A stretch of 64,000 nt of DNA, taken from contig JAUGWO010000102.1 of NCBI GenBank assembly GCA_049724395.1, positions 372,001-436,000 on the forward strand, written 5' to 3'. This DNA is from Spongospora subterranea f. sp. subterranea. Taxonomy: Eukaryota. Both the position numbers and the translations under genes were made by a program. Below, one piece after another: positions 50,222 through 64,000 of the stretch. Each line of letters opens with the position of its first letter. Positions within the stretch are counted from its first letter, which is position 1. The notes beneath the pieces were generated by a model. That model was not told the origin of the DNA and made no database searches. It saw nothing but the letters and a program-made list of their open reading frames with translations.

Positions 50222-51280
50222 TCACTCCAAACTCAACGTATTCGGTCGCTGCGTAAGGGCTATTGGGTTCATCTTTTGATGCAAACTCCTCTGTAAATAT
50301 ACTGTCAGATTTCTAGGTCCAAGTGTAAAAACGCTTAACCTACGAGACGGCTCTCCAAGTGCCACTTCGTATAGAGCTAGCGCTGTAAAATCTGTGTTTT
50401 GGAAGTCAGCTGTTTTCATGCAATTTGTTTCGTAAAATTGTTTTGCATCTCGTGTAATATTGCCTCCTGATAACAAACTGTAGAGATTAGACATGCGAAT
50501 TCCTGGGCCCCACAAGAGGTGCCGCCGTGGCAAAACGCTAAAGGGATAAAACTGTGCGTCGCTTCCAGGCCTACATGAGTTAGGTCGACGTGCGAATTTT
50601 TGATTGCATTCACAGCTTACAAAGCTACTGCAACTAGTCGGTCGAGGACCAAAGGAACTGATGCTGCAAGTGGACTGCAGGAGATTATACTTAGAAGCAA
50701 ATGAATTTTAGGTCCTGAGCGCTCAATGCAGTAATAGTACCTTGACATCTTTGCAAACGCTTCTCCTTCAATGTTGGCCCAAATAGGCTGTGGCTGATGG
50801 CGTTTACTATGCATACTAAGAGCATCCATTGTTGAAAGCAATTCGTGAAGAACTTCCATTTTTGAAATTGCAACTTGGCACTGTTCTAATGAGGTAACGT
50901 TTTGCCCGACTGTCAAAAAGAAGCCATAGTTAGACAAATATATGACAGGAAGGCAGACAGAGAACGTTACTAAATGGGTATAATTTCCGTAGTTGTTCAA
51001 TATCGGATTTCCACGTGTTTGGATCGGTTTCAGCTTGAGAATCTAATTCTCCTTTGATTCTGTTAATTCGATCGAGACCTAGCGCACAATCTTCCGTCGT
51101 CACGTTACTTGACGCACCAATATTTTCAATCATCGACTGAACTTCATAACTATCTACTAAGAAATCCAACAGCGGTTTGACTAATTTCTAAATCATATCT
51201 CAAAGTAGTCAAAATCAACACAGGAGCTCCGTATTACCTTAGGCTGCGTGCTCGGTATCACTTCAGCGAATTGAGTACTG
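50222..51280 (-). CDS. Hypothetical multi-exon helical protein (boundaries uncertain)
   Basis: Stacked minus-strand ORFs (50930-51169, 50617-51000, 50222-50533) separated by plausible short introns. Confidence 0.4.
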
Positions 51281-51560
51281 AAAAGAGAACGTGGATCGCT
51301 TAATTTTCGAGTTTGCAACCTATCATGCAGTGCTTTTTTGGCCAGCTCAGGATCAGAAAACAAGAGCGTGAGCGATTGTTTTCTCCTTTCATCTTCTACG
51401 ATTACGTCAATGTGGTAGCAGCATTATCTAGCGCAGGCGCAAACCTAGACCCCATTCTTCGTAAAGAACCCATTCTTCGCGCTCATCATGCTCCAAAAGC
51501 TGGATCACACAGGTACTGCGGGAGGTCAATTTGCCGAATAAGACGTCTTCCTAATGACCG

Positions 51561-52646
51561 TCAACACATACACCGGAAAGAATAAATAAAAATCACCCTA
51601 AAAAGCTTGACATTGGCATGTTCAAAGTTTTCCATAACATGATGCGTAGAACGTTTTGTGGAAGAGAGCGCGACGCCGTTCTTGGATTGTGGACGAATCG
51701 ACTTTATAGTATGCCGGGGTTCAGAGGCTGATGAGTCCTCACCCTCTTCCTGCACGCATACTGTAAGCAATTCGACTATCAATTTTACGATATTTGTCTT
51801 ACGGCAGAATTGTTTTTAGCCTGGGATAGTCTTCGTTTCGCTCGTTTTTTCACAATAGCGACTCCTTTGTTTGACGCTGAATTCGCAGTTGTGTTTCTTT
51901 GCTGGTTTTGTCGCCGATTGTCTTCAAAATCAAGCAAGAGTGTTTAAAAGAATGAAAGTAAACAATATATAACTTACGATGAGTTGGGACGCCGTCGTCG
52001 TCAAAATCAGAACGTTGCAATCTGGATCGCTTCACAACGAAAGTCGACTTTTGATTCGGAGAATCGTCACCGGCATCCCGTCTAGACTTCAGACTTTGTT
52101 TTGGTTTCCGTGATTTTCGTTTGGGTCTGATTTTGCGAATTGGATAAGACAAAAGTATCGGTGACGCGAATTGAAAATCTTAAAACGCACATTGAAGATG
52201 CATCGCTTTCATCATTAACCATATAAGACTCAATATACTGCACCGAAAATTAACACAATTTTTGAATCAGGATTAAAAAAGAAGACCTCAGTGGCGATAG
52301 ACACAATTTGCGATTTCAAAGGGCGAAGTAGCTTTTTTCTGCAATGTAATGCTTCTGCCATCATATCGCAAACCGTGGAAGTGGTCACTGCCTCTAACGA
52401 AACCGACGACGAATTCAACAAATCAAAAATAAAATCGCGTAAATCCTTCTCGTGGCTTTGTAGATAGAGCAGGCGATCGCCACCGTTCTCGTCTACACTT
52501 GGAGCAGGATCCTTCGAAATTGGATCGGATGAATCCAGGCAAGCATCGGGTAGGTTTTCGGTAGGACTCAGGTTCTCATTGGATGCTTCCAATGCATATT
52601 CGCTTCCAATTTCACGATCAGGCAGATCGCCTTCAGCGTCGCACAT
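51561..52646 (-). CDS. Hypothetical nuclear protein with a DEK-C-like domain
   Basis: LRDFIFDLLNSSSVSLEAVTTSTVCDMMAEALHCRKKLLRPLKSQIVSI resembles DEK_C; basic K/R-rich downstream exons. Confidence 0.45.
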
Positions 52647-52905
52647 GACGGTGCAATTCTGGGAGAGCGCAGGAGGACGTGGCCCTCAACTACAGTGACA
52701 AATAGTGCACATTACGGCACGGATCTGTTGACCTTGAACCCCTTCTGGGTTTGGCTCTTTCTCCGTTCGGTGTTCTCGGATCGAAGGCATTTATACAGAA
52801 TGCAGTCGATCTCAGCGCTTTTTTGGAGAGGTCAGTGGAAAAACACAGCAAAAAGGAATACACAGAACAGAAATTTATTAGCCCGGGTTGAAATACGATG
52901 GCAAA

Positions 52906-54995
52906 TCAGTGACGCTGATCGTTGGAGCGGGGTCTAGGAGCGCATTTGATGATATCATCAACACGGATAATCATTTCAGCCGCTTCATGCGCGGAGATGA
53001 GGACATGATTCTTAACTATGAAAGATTCAATAATGCTCAGCTTGCGAACGTCTCCGATTTGGCCTCGTTCCATATCAAGACCAGCGGAATTTTGCCCAGA
53101 TTTGTGTGCTGCCCTGAGCTGAGAGACAAGTTCGGATGAATCATATCCAGCATTATCAGCAAGAACCGTGGGGAATAGATTGTAAAGCACGAGCAAATGC
53201 TTCAATTGCGAGGGCCTCTTTGCCAGGAGTTTTAACCGCTAGTTCGTCGACTGCATTGGCCATGAGCATTTCAGAGCAGCCTCCACCTAGAACTGTTCGG
53301 GATTCATTGACGGTTTGGGATAAAACACATAGGGCATCATGCAACGAGCGTTCGGCTTCGTCCAATAAATGTTCGGATGCACCGCGAAGAACAATGGAGC
53401 ACGCTTCACCTTTGGGAACGCCGCTGAACAGAATCACTTTATCCTCGCCAATCATTATTCTGTATAGCATGGATTAAAATCAACATGACAAGCGTGATGT
53501 GGTAGAAAACTGACTCCTCAATGCGTTCGCATGAACCGAGTCGAACTTGCTCTGGGTGGTCAAACGTTGACACAATTTCAGCATCAAGGACAAGAGCAAG
53601 TCTTTCGATGCCTTCGAAGTCGGCATGTTCTATGGATGTCACTCCTACAGCAACGCAGATGAACAAACAGAGTAAAGGAAAGCGTTGAACAAATACCAGC
53701 ATCGCCAAGCAAATGCTCCGGGTAGTTGTAAATGAGTTGTCGATTAATGAAAACACTAAAAAGAGACAGTCAGGATTTGACACGGTTATATTCGTAGAGT
53801 AACACAGTACTTGATATCATGCTTTAAAATCTTATCAACTTTCGCTTTCATCTTCGCCTTTTCCGCCTTCTCAATTTCAGCAACTTTGTCCATTGAGTCC
53901 ACCCTAACACGGGCACCGTAAATTTTAATCTATGTTGAATAAATGTACCATGAGTAATATTACAGAACACAAAGGACGTGCAAACCTTATCTGTGTCCAT
54001 CGGTGTGTTTGCAAGCAGGATCCTGGCATTACGAATGCTTTTAGACTGACCCACGCCAAACTTCTTGTCAAGAATAAAGCCCGATTCAAGGTATGAATCT
54101 TTCAACTGTCCTCCTTTCTTCTTGACAATCTGGATGTTGTCCAAATTCGTCGAACCTATTCTAGGATATTTAGAAAAATACTTTTTTTATCAGGTAAACC
54201 ACCTTTGAGTCTCAGAACGGCATCTACTGCAATCTTGGCGAACATTTCCTTATGTTGAGTAAGAATCTTTGAGCTGATTGTTGTCTTGGCAATGTTCAAG
54301 AGATCTTCCCGGAATAATTCCATGTTATCGCTGTGGTTTAGCGAACTATCATCCAAAGCTTGCCGTGCAACAGTAATAGCTTTACGCCACCCTCTAATGA
54401 TGGTTTGCGGATGGATTTTCATCTCAATTAGACGTTCAGCTTCTCGAATCAAGGCTCCAGCTAGCACCACAACAGAAGTTGTGCCGTCACCAACGTTAGT
54501 GTCCTGATATCGGCTGAGGACTACAGCATAAAATGCACACTTCGAGACACCTATACCTGTGTTTTGGAGATGTCAACAAGAATTTTGGCAGCGGCATTAT
54601 CAATAGGAAGAGATTTCAAAATCGTTGCCCCATCGTTCGTGACCGCTACTTTTCCGTTCGATGGACCTACTTGACACGTCAGATGCAGTTAGGTTGGTCT
54701 ACAAAGACATGGAGTCACCTTCACCCATAGAAATGAGAATTTTATCCATCCCTTTTGGGCCGAGGGTGGATTTGATTAAATCGGCAATAGCAATAGAGCC
54801 AACAAACGACGCCAGGCGAGCGTTTTCGCCGCTGTCTTGCTGCGCCCCGCCTTCTTCATTGAAGATTTTCGGTAGAACACGCTAAACATTAGAAAATAAG
54901 CTTTAAGTAAGCAACAAGCAAACAAATAAAAAAAACAGGCTCAACAGCAATGTTGAAATGGATTAAACTAATGCAAAGAAGGAACTCACAGCCAT
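52906..54995 (-). CDS. CCT2: T-complex protein 1 subunit beta
   Basis: [97 protein letters not shown]. Confidence 0.97.
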
Positions 54996-56342
54996 GTTTT
55001 ACTGTGATCGGTATCTGAGCAGAAAGTAGGTAGATATTGCTGATGCTGTAGTTAATGGTGGTGGCGATCGAGTCCGGATACCGAATGACGGATATAATCG
55101 AAGTCCGTGACAGGTATCCCAGAGCGGCGCGAGGTGCCCACCATTCAGGTGTACATACTGTGCACCGGACGTGCGACACTGGACGTCAAGGAGGCAGCCC
55201 TGCCGCCTGCGACACATTGATGACGATGAATCATTTGTACGAGAGGAATGGGTAAGATCCTCATTTTATTTATTTGATGACGGGTAGAACTCCCTCTGAC
55301 TACCTATTGGGATACGAGGATACTTGATAATTACCTTGTGGGAATTATTCATTCCGGAATGCGTCATGCTTTAATGCTTATCACAAAAAACCGGTTTCGT
55401 CTCAAAATTGCCATGTGCTGTTGAATAACTGAGAATAAAATTCGAAGGCTGATGGGCTTTAAAGAAGCAACCACTCGATATACTGAATATTGGGCTCTAA
55501 ATTAATGCTTCACTGTCCTATTCCGCCCAGCCGAAAAATTTCCGAAGAGATAGAATAGAGGAGAAATTGCTTCCAATGTTCAATGAAGAGATTGTATAGG
55601 TTCTGCTGCTTTGAGGAGTCATCTTCCCTATACAATCCTTAATCTCATTCCGCAACATTTACTTTTTTTGAGAATGTCTTTAAGCACTTGCTGACGCCTT
55701 ATGTGAACAAAACAGTCTACCTACAGTCATTGATTCTCTTGACTCAACTACAATCAGTAATGGGCAAGAATTGAACGCAGCTGATCATTGTGCAGAGAAA
55801 CACAGTACGGGATTCTCCGGATCTGACAACGCAAAGACAACATCTTCCCCGAAACTGAGGAAAGGGCAAAGCAGATGCGCAAAGTAATCTGGATGAAAAA
55901 TATCATAGTGTTTGCTAAAGTGACAGCGTACTCAAAGCTTTAAGAAATCAAGAGCATGTTTGAAAACACAGAGAAGGAAACCATGATTCGTCATGGGAAT
56001 GGATCCAGCAACCGGAGACAAGAAACCTGAGTTGATCAAAGCGGATATTTATGAGACTTGTCACCTGGAGACAGGAGGAAACGGCAGCGATAGATATATC
56101 GACCAAGGAAGGACATGGTAGGATGATGCGTCGTGAAGGCGATGCGGAGATCCGGATCATCACAACTGGGAAAGGATGCAATATTGATTGCAACAAATCG
56201 AGAGGTTCACCAAATGTTTTAGGTAATAGACCGAATCTGTATTTGGTAATTATTGCTTTCTTTGACATTGTGAAAGGGAACATCGTTTTTCTATCAAGTC
56301 CACGTAAAAAATACGTAATACTCACTAAAATTTATTTATTGT

Positions 56343-57012
56343 TCAGATGACCGGCGGGGCACTATCGACGTATATATTCTCGGCTTGAAAAGACTTGAGA
56401 ACTATATTGATCTCAAGTTCAACGGTCCCGGCAGAGACCGTTTTTTGTCTCCACCTTTGATCACTCTCTGTAATTATTGCAGGGTCTACATATTGGGTCG
56501 ATCCACCAAGTAGATTGGCAGTTATCACGTCCAGAAGCGATCCTTTGGGTTTGAAAGTGCAAATCTGCATAGAATGGTGTCCTGAGACAGCTGGGAAATA
56601 TGCCATCCCATACCCAGCTATTATAAATGTTTACCAGCATGTGTCGCCGACAAATTTGACACATACCGAAATCTATTCGAGCTTCATCATCATGGAAATA
56701 TACCTCTACGAATAGCTTAGGCCATCCGAGAAGGCCGCTGCAGGAGAAGCAAGCGTCGATGGGATGGTTCCAGATTACTGCCTCGTGATCCTGATGTGAT
56801 CAATCGTCATCAACCGAGCACTGTGAAAGTAATTCCTTTCATGGAGTAAGTCACCTGATCTGGAGTGCAACTAAAGGTGTGCCCATGAGATGTACCTTTG
56901 ATTAATTGCCAATTATCAGCTCCACTCTCAATCCTGAATTTTCCGAACAGCGGTTTGTTGCCGAATCCGAAAGCTCCAATTATGCTCCCAATGATATAGA
57001 CTGAGTTGACAT
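56343..57012 (-). CDS. B9D2: B9 domain-containing protein 2 (ciliary transition zone)
   Basis: MSTQVYIIGSIIGAFGF...LFGKF, WNHPID...GLLGWPKL, AGYGMAYFP...GHH...TFKPKGS, LGGSTQ, GTVELEINIVLKSF. Confidence 0.88.
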
Positions 57013-57545
57013 TCGATATCGTTCAGAAAACCCATGCTGTTTTTCGCGTTAACCAATGGCCAACCTTCGGGCATTTCTGCTGTCAAGTCCAAAACCGCCA
57101 ACTAGGCAAACTGATCCAGGATATTCCTAACCGCCAGTCCAAGTGACAACACTTTTACACTGTGGCCAACGCACATCACAGTTGGCTGTTGATGTCCATC
57201 GATTAACGGAACACAGTACGTGCGTGCCCGGTTTAAAGAACTGTTTCGATGCGTTTTGGCATGGGGAAATAAAGCCTTTCCAACTTAGCACTTTGATAAG
57301 GAAAGGCTGGGTCAACAACAAATAAGTCCCAGTCGTTTGATCCAGAGTTTCTGCTGGCTATAAACGATCGCAATCAGAGATCTCTCGTTCAGAAAGCATT
57401 TTTGATCCGACTTTGCTTTCAACCCAACAGTTGCCGCCGATCATCTCAGTACGGTGATGTGCCGTAAATCCCGACAGAAGAAAATTGAAACGGATACGTA
57501 AAGCTGTAATATATTATGTTTTGTGTTTTGAGCAATTTACGTACT

Positions 57546-58193
57546 TCACTCCCATTCATCATCTTCTTCTTCTTCACAATCTTCAATATCATTAACACGC
57601 TCTTCGGCCTTGTTGCTGGATTCAACTCCATCCCAGTCTGCCGCCTTCGCATCCATCATAAACTGATCGGACAAAACCGACCACTTGGGACGTTCTTCTT
57701 CGTTGGCAGGAACAGACTTACTCTGAGATCCTTTAAGCATTTCTAGGAATGATGTCCTGGACATTGGTTCACTCTTTGCTTGCTTTACTTTGGATTTTTC
57801 TGAAGTTTTTGCACTAGATTTTTGATGAGCGGCAACAGCGTTGAATAAAGTGACCACTACACATAAAAAATCAGGAAATACGAAATGAAAAACGAGGTGC
57901 AGTTTAAAAAACGGACCTCCTCTTGTTGCAGTTTTGATTAATAACCTTTCCAGAGCACCGTCGTTAACAAAATCGGTTCTACTAACGTGTTCCTTTAGTC
58001 TGAGTTCAGCTTTCAGCTTCCTTTGCGTCCGTTTCGCACGAAGCTCCTTGATCTCTTTTGTTCGTTTGCGCAGCTGCTGAGATTTAAGTTTCAACCCGCT
58101 TCCATCAACATTATCTTTTCGTGTTAGAACCGAAGCAATGGCCGCTCCGAACGAGGACGACGTAGTCGGTTCATGGGAGATATCTGGCGCCAT
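57546..58193 (-). CDS. RRP15: Rrp15-domain ribosome biogenesis protein (one in-frame intron)
   Basis: ERLLIKTATRG/VVTLFNAV, MSRTSFLEML, WSVLSDQFMM...DWD. Confidence 0.88.
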   Translation of the reverse strand: MAPDISHEPTTSSSFGAAIASVLTRKDNVDGSGLKLKSQQLRKRTKEIKELRAKRTQRKLKAELRLKEHVSRTDFVNDGALERLLIKTATRGGPFFKLHLVFHFVFPDFLCVVVTLFNAVAAHQKSSAKTSEKSKVKQAKSEPMSRTSFLEMLKGSQSKSVPANEEERPKWSVLSDQFMMDAKAADWDGVESSNKAEERVNDIEDCEEEEDDEWE

Positions 58194-58489
58194 CTGAAAT
58201 TCTGCCGGTCAATCCAGGATGCCGATCAGACCTTCGGAACCCGTGACGGACTTTACACGACGGACCCGGCTCAAAACTCACCTGAAAATCGGGAATAATC
58301 GTGAATATTTTTGTGAACCCAATTTACTCGCAAAGCGCGACGCAGAAAATATCCTGCTCGTGCAGTTTCCAAACTTCCACAGCATTCCATATATATCATT
58401 TGTTTCCTACCGCTTCGGCAACACCAGTATTAAAAAAAAACGCCTCCGAATGGTATGTCGCTAGCTTTTCGAAGCTTGAACAGTATCTG

Positions 58490-59650
<1,161 letters not shown>

Positions 59651-60254
59651 CTAAAATCGATCGCCAGTAATACATAACGATCACCGAAGGGGAGTAGGGA
59701 CATACGCAAAGTGATCGAATTCATTTCGTCACAATTGAAATATAGAATTCGGAATTCCTATCAGAAATTCGGCTATAAATATGGTTTTGGCTACAGAATA
59801 TAATGGTTCACGAAAGCTTGCCGTTTCAGTTGCAGCGAAAACCGCGACAGGTCAATCGCCAACTATACAGTCAATGAAAGTGATAGCGTAGGAGCAATAA
59901 ACGCAGGTTAAAGCTAAACTTCACAATTGTCATCACGAGGAGCAACTAATCTGGGCCAGAGAAAAAAGCGACAACTGGATTTACAGTACTGTATAGCGTT
60001 TGCGATTGAAAATACGACAACTTAAGTGTAAAAAATTAGCTGGTAAGGATTGCAGGAAATTACCCAGAACAAATTGTGATGTGAAAAACGGTAAAAAGCA
60101 AATCTATCTGTCGTGGCCAAAAACGGTCAAAAAGTTTGCGGGGGATACTGCGCGGCCTTCTCTTTAACTCACAGTGCGAAGTCCCCGATACGATTCGCTA
60201 AAGCTAACTTAGCTGATAAGTGAAATACATTAGATTTGGTATTTGACTCGGCCA

Positions 60255-61233
60255 ATGGTGGTTCGAGGCCTGGCCGACTTGGAGAATCAAAGCTCAAACT
60301 CAAACAATGGAAACAATCGACCCATGGCGTCAATGCAGCTGCTGCCTTCAATCAAGGAGATGCTGTTTCCTGGCATCAAGTTGAGGACATTTATCGCTGC
60401 AATCACGCTCATCGATATTGCAATGTTCATCATCACATTGATCGTGGGCCAGATATGGTTTGGTGGTGCATTCGTTGAATCAAACACTAGCGTTGGGCCA
60501 AGTGTTGACGCTTTATCTGCTGTTGGTGGGATGAACACCCAGCGCATTGTTCGCAATCTCGAAATCTGGCGATATCTTACGCCCGTCATTCTTCATGCTG
60601 GTCTTCAGCATATCGGCTTTAATCTGCTTTTCCAATGTTCCATCGGATTCCGTTATGAAGAACTCTGGGGTGTACCTCGCATTGCCTCAATATATTGGGT
60701 TGGGGGGCTGAGTGGAACGGCTCTATCGGCATTACTTAGCGGTAAAAGGCATAATTTGTTTTATCTGAACGGCGAATAATCAACATATTTCTCTTCAGGA
60801 AGTGTTGTAAGCGTAGGCGCGAGTGGGGCGCTAATGGGGTTGTTAGGTGCAATCGTTGCATTTATCGGATGGAACTGGCAGGAACTTCCTGATGCACCAC
60901 AGGTCCGTCGTCATATCAGCTCATAATAATTGGCTCACTTTTCTTTGCTATTATAGAGGTTATGCAATGTAGTCATGTTAATTGTCATAAATTTTGCTGT
61001 AGGATTGTCCTCTGCAGGCATTGATAATTATGCCCATCTTGGTAATTTTTATATTGCTGTTAGCATCAGTACCTGATATCATCACAGGTGGGATTATCGG
61101 TGGTCTTCTTTGTGGTACCCTATTATTGAAAAAGTATACCTGGACGCCTACTCAAAAGATGATACAGATGGGTGCAGGAGGTGTGCTGTTTGTTTACTTT
61201 GTAATCTGTTTTACGCTTACGTTCTCGAAATAA
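60255..61233 (+). CDS. Rhomboid intramembrane serine protease
   Basis: WRYLTPVILHAGLQHIGFN, SVGASGALMG (catalytic Ser), IDNYAHL/GGIIGG (catalytic His). Confidence 0.93.
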
Positions 61234-61496
61234 ATTACGAATACAATCTAATATATAAATTAATCATGCAATGGGACTAGTCTATCGCCTTTAAATCGAG
61301 GCGAGCCTTATTAAAACTTGATTCGCAATGTCATAGCTGTGTTGACATTTCGCGGAAATCTGTCTTGGCATTGTCAAAGGCTGATTTTGTGTTGCGATTT
61401 TTTTTTGGGTGGTTGCAACCACTACACACTGTCAATTTGAAACCGATGTCCTCTGTGTTATTAAGATTCTTCTGATCGAGTCTGGGAACTCCGATA

Positions 61497-61827
61497 ATGG
61501 ACTCCAGTTTTGAGCATCAAATGATTAGCGAAATCCAACAAGCCTGGCTCCAAGAGCGGCAGGTCTTACTGGACGGGTGGGCAGATGATCGCCAAGAACT
61601 GTTATGTCTGCGGCGACTTTTACATGAGGAACGGCGTGCTTACACAGTAAGTAAAAACTCTGGAGTTAGAAAAGATACGCTGATAACGTTCGCAGAAAGT
61701 TCTTATTCGTTTGACATCAGCAAACTTCCATAACGAGTTCTCAACTGAAACCGAGTTTAATCAGAAGAACGCGCAAGATGTTATGACCAACGAAAAGATA
61801 AAGAACCGCAAACATGATGAAACTTGA
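61497..61827 (+). CDS. Small hypothetical coiled-coil protein (2 exons)
   Basis: MDSSFEHQMISEIQQAWLQERQ...; GTAAG donor near 61647 and CAG acceptor near 61695 give an open second exon. Confidence 0.45.
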
Positions 61828-61908
61828 CCACCACATTTAAATATACACTCATTTATTCATAAAAAAAACTGGTACAGTACTAATTACACAATAAATAAAT
61901 ATATAGTA

Positions 61909-63531
61909 CTATCTTTCTGAGATGATCTTTTTTCCCTCGTCAACAGAGGCATACAACTGCCGTACCGCAGAAATTGCCTCGATCAATATAAATCCATTGC
62001 TGAAGGCACAAACCAGGCCCATCACGTAGTAAAAATTGGCATTTCCACAGCCAAGGTCGATCCACATTGTCCACATAACAGCGCTCATCGTGAAAGACAC
62101 AATTAAAGCCACATAGACTGGCATTAGATTCCGCATTTCTGGTACATCGGTTAGCGAAATAAAAGCAAAGATTTGAGAGACAATACCTTTCAGAATATCA
62201 TACTGTGTCAGAAGTAAGCAATAAACTATTCCAAAATCTCCTACGACAGGATACGGACGGAACATCATGATAAGATGCATAAATATAAAAAATAAGAATT
62301 GAGGATTGTGCCAGAATCTAATTGTCAGCGGGATCACGTATACGAATACCTAAAAACACAATTGAACAACGCAACGATGATGAAGCGTTCATCCGTACCT
62401 GTGAATTAAAGCAGATCAAAAAAAAGGAACGAAATCGGTGAAACATTTCAGTAACGAAGTACCAGAATATGCCAATATTTGGAGTTAAGTCGTGAACAAA
62501 ATACAGATACCGATAGCTAAAAGACCACCACCTCGACGACCTAATAGAGACTGAATACGAATGTAAAAAATAAGAAATATGGCTACCCGAAGTAATGGGA
62601 AGAAAGCGCGATCAGAGAAGCGAGGAAGCCAATACTTAATGATATAAACATCAGCATTTTTGCAGTAAGCGAAAATGGCACCGCATTAAGAGGAGCGTCG
62701 CGCTTTGCAGCTGACGATAAATCTAATTGCTTGAAATGCAGCACGATCAAAATTGGAACCAAAAGAATGGCGTTGTACAGCTCTAGATAGACGGACGTTG
62801 CGAATGAAAATGCAAGAGATAAAATATGGCCTAATATGCGGATAAGCTCAGCAATATTAAGCGATTCATTAGAATACCATTATATGTAGAATAGAGGGCA
62901 AAAATAACGAAGACCTGTGATAGCGAAACAGTTGACAGTGATGCGCATGATAACAAAGTTAAGGGGTTGAACAAGAACCTAGCACGAATAGCAAAATTGA
63001 GTCCCAATTTGATGCAATCCGTCAGGCACAAACATTCTGAACACAATGTCGTGTAAGTTCGCTTGTTTGTGAATGCAAATTTCACTAACAACGGAGAGTG
63101 AGATGATATGAAACACTGTAGATGAAGATCATGAACCTGTTAGGGAAAGGAAACCCCATATCACGACTCCGCATAGTGACATTCCGAAGCATTGCGGCGA
63201 TGAATAAATCAATGCATATGAAAAAGAAGTGGATCAAGTGAATAGAACCCACGTCATTTAAGAAAGAAAGGAACGCGAAAAGCAGCGGAGGTTGGTGAAA
63301 TATATCCCCATCATAAATTGAGCGATTTTGAGAATGTAGGTACATTGCCTCCACCACTACAAAGCAAAAATTAATCAGAACAGGAGTAGAATTTGAGAGA
63401 AACAAAAACGTCCTACCTCGTCGGTAGCTAGAAGACGCACCAACAATTTGGACAGACTCTGAACTGTGAGAGGTGGTTAGCATTAGCAGATACCTGAGAG
63501 CTGCAGCTAATATGAGATCAACCCATAGCAT
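61909..63531 (-). CDS. PIGU: GPI transamidase subunit PIG-U/Gab1
   Basis: IYDGDIFHQPPLL, FLFNPLTLLSC, DLTPNIGIFWYFVTEMFHRFR, MFRPYPVVGD, GCGNANFYY. Confidence 0.93.
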
Positions 63532-63619
63532 TGATAAAACGATCCGATGGGCAATGGATTATCCAATATGAGCCATGCGCAGGTTAAGTGGGTATCCAGT
63601 ATCCACAGTGCAGTGTGCC

Positions 63620-64000
63620 TTAACACCCAACTACGGATATGCGATGCGCCACTTTATCGTCGTTAAGATCAACAGGTGGCCCGAGATAGTTTTGCTGTAA
63701 TAGCCGAATCTTGTCCACTCCAGGCCATACAGAATCAACATTTTGTAACGGCCTAAATCTATATTCATCAGGGATGATCCTCTTTGAAGTACTGGAGCTA
63801 GATGAAGTGTTTAGACAATCCCAGCCCTCGATCCTACTGCTGCTCCCCCCACGTGTCTGCGTAATTTTTTGAAAAAATTTAGCGATCGAGTCAAAAATCG
63901 ACCAAGATTTACGACGGTAACTCAAGGACATGGACAAGATTTTCAACTCCAAGACTTTGACTTATCAACTTGCAACTTACCTTGCAACATCAAGGAGCTG
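63620..64000 (-). CDS. 3' end of a hypothetical protein starting beyond the window
   Basis: 110-aa terminal ORF preceded by a GTAAG donor near 63979 on the minus strand. Confidence 0.45.

Noticed and set aside
55085..56340. Possible + strand gene between CCT2 and B9D2
   Set aside because: Splice-like signals exist, but I could not build a stop-free model.
60177..60190. GAAGTCCCCG resembling the RNase MRP CR-I motif
   Set aside because: Lies about 70 bp upstream of the rhomboid start, with no matching P4 partner downstream.

Overview
Gene-dense eukaryotic DNA with many short (about 45-65 nt) GT-AG introns and small intergenic gaps. The ciliary gene B9D2 implies a flagellated stage. The style would fit a compact-genome parasitic protist such as a plasmodiophorid, but that is inference only. 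Left arm (1-18.2 kb): an EEP nuclease, CKS1, SF1/BBP, a POM121-like membrane-anchored repeat protein, TMEM94, mitochondrial GluRS, YchF and an intron-containing NTT/TLC nucleotide (ATP/ADP) transporter with no transit peptide. Centre (18.2-30.4 kb): a gene-free island with a Y-shaped MITE, two inverted decayed DDE transposase copies, a pogo element turned into a 1.55-kb foldback, a 138-bp hairpin, a 1.8-kb 54-bp satellite and Ty3/Gypsy relics. Right arm: F-box/JmjC, a Pol X lacking its catalytic aspartates, an atypical ABCF with an SH3-like domain and RGG tail, a very large multi-ASH protein, RBM39, CCT2, B9D2, RRP15, cis-prenyltransferase, rhomboid and PIG-U. The most interesting items are the NTT (candidate host-ATP theft), the inverted-repeat island (candidate hairpin-RNA locus or centromere), the pseudo-polymerase X, the odd ABCF and the POM121-like protein. 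Four single-base frameshifts in short base runs are probably assembly errors. Gene models were assembled by eye, so exon boundaries are approximate.
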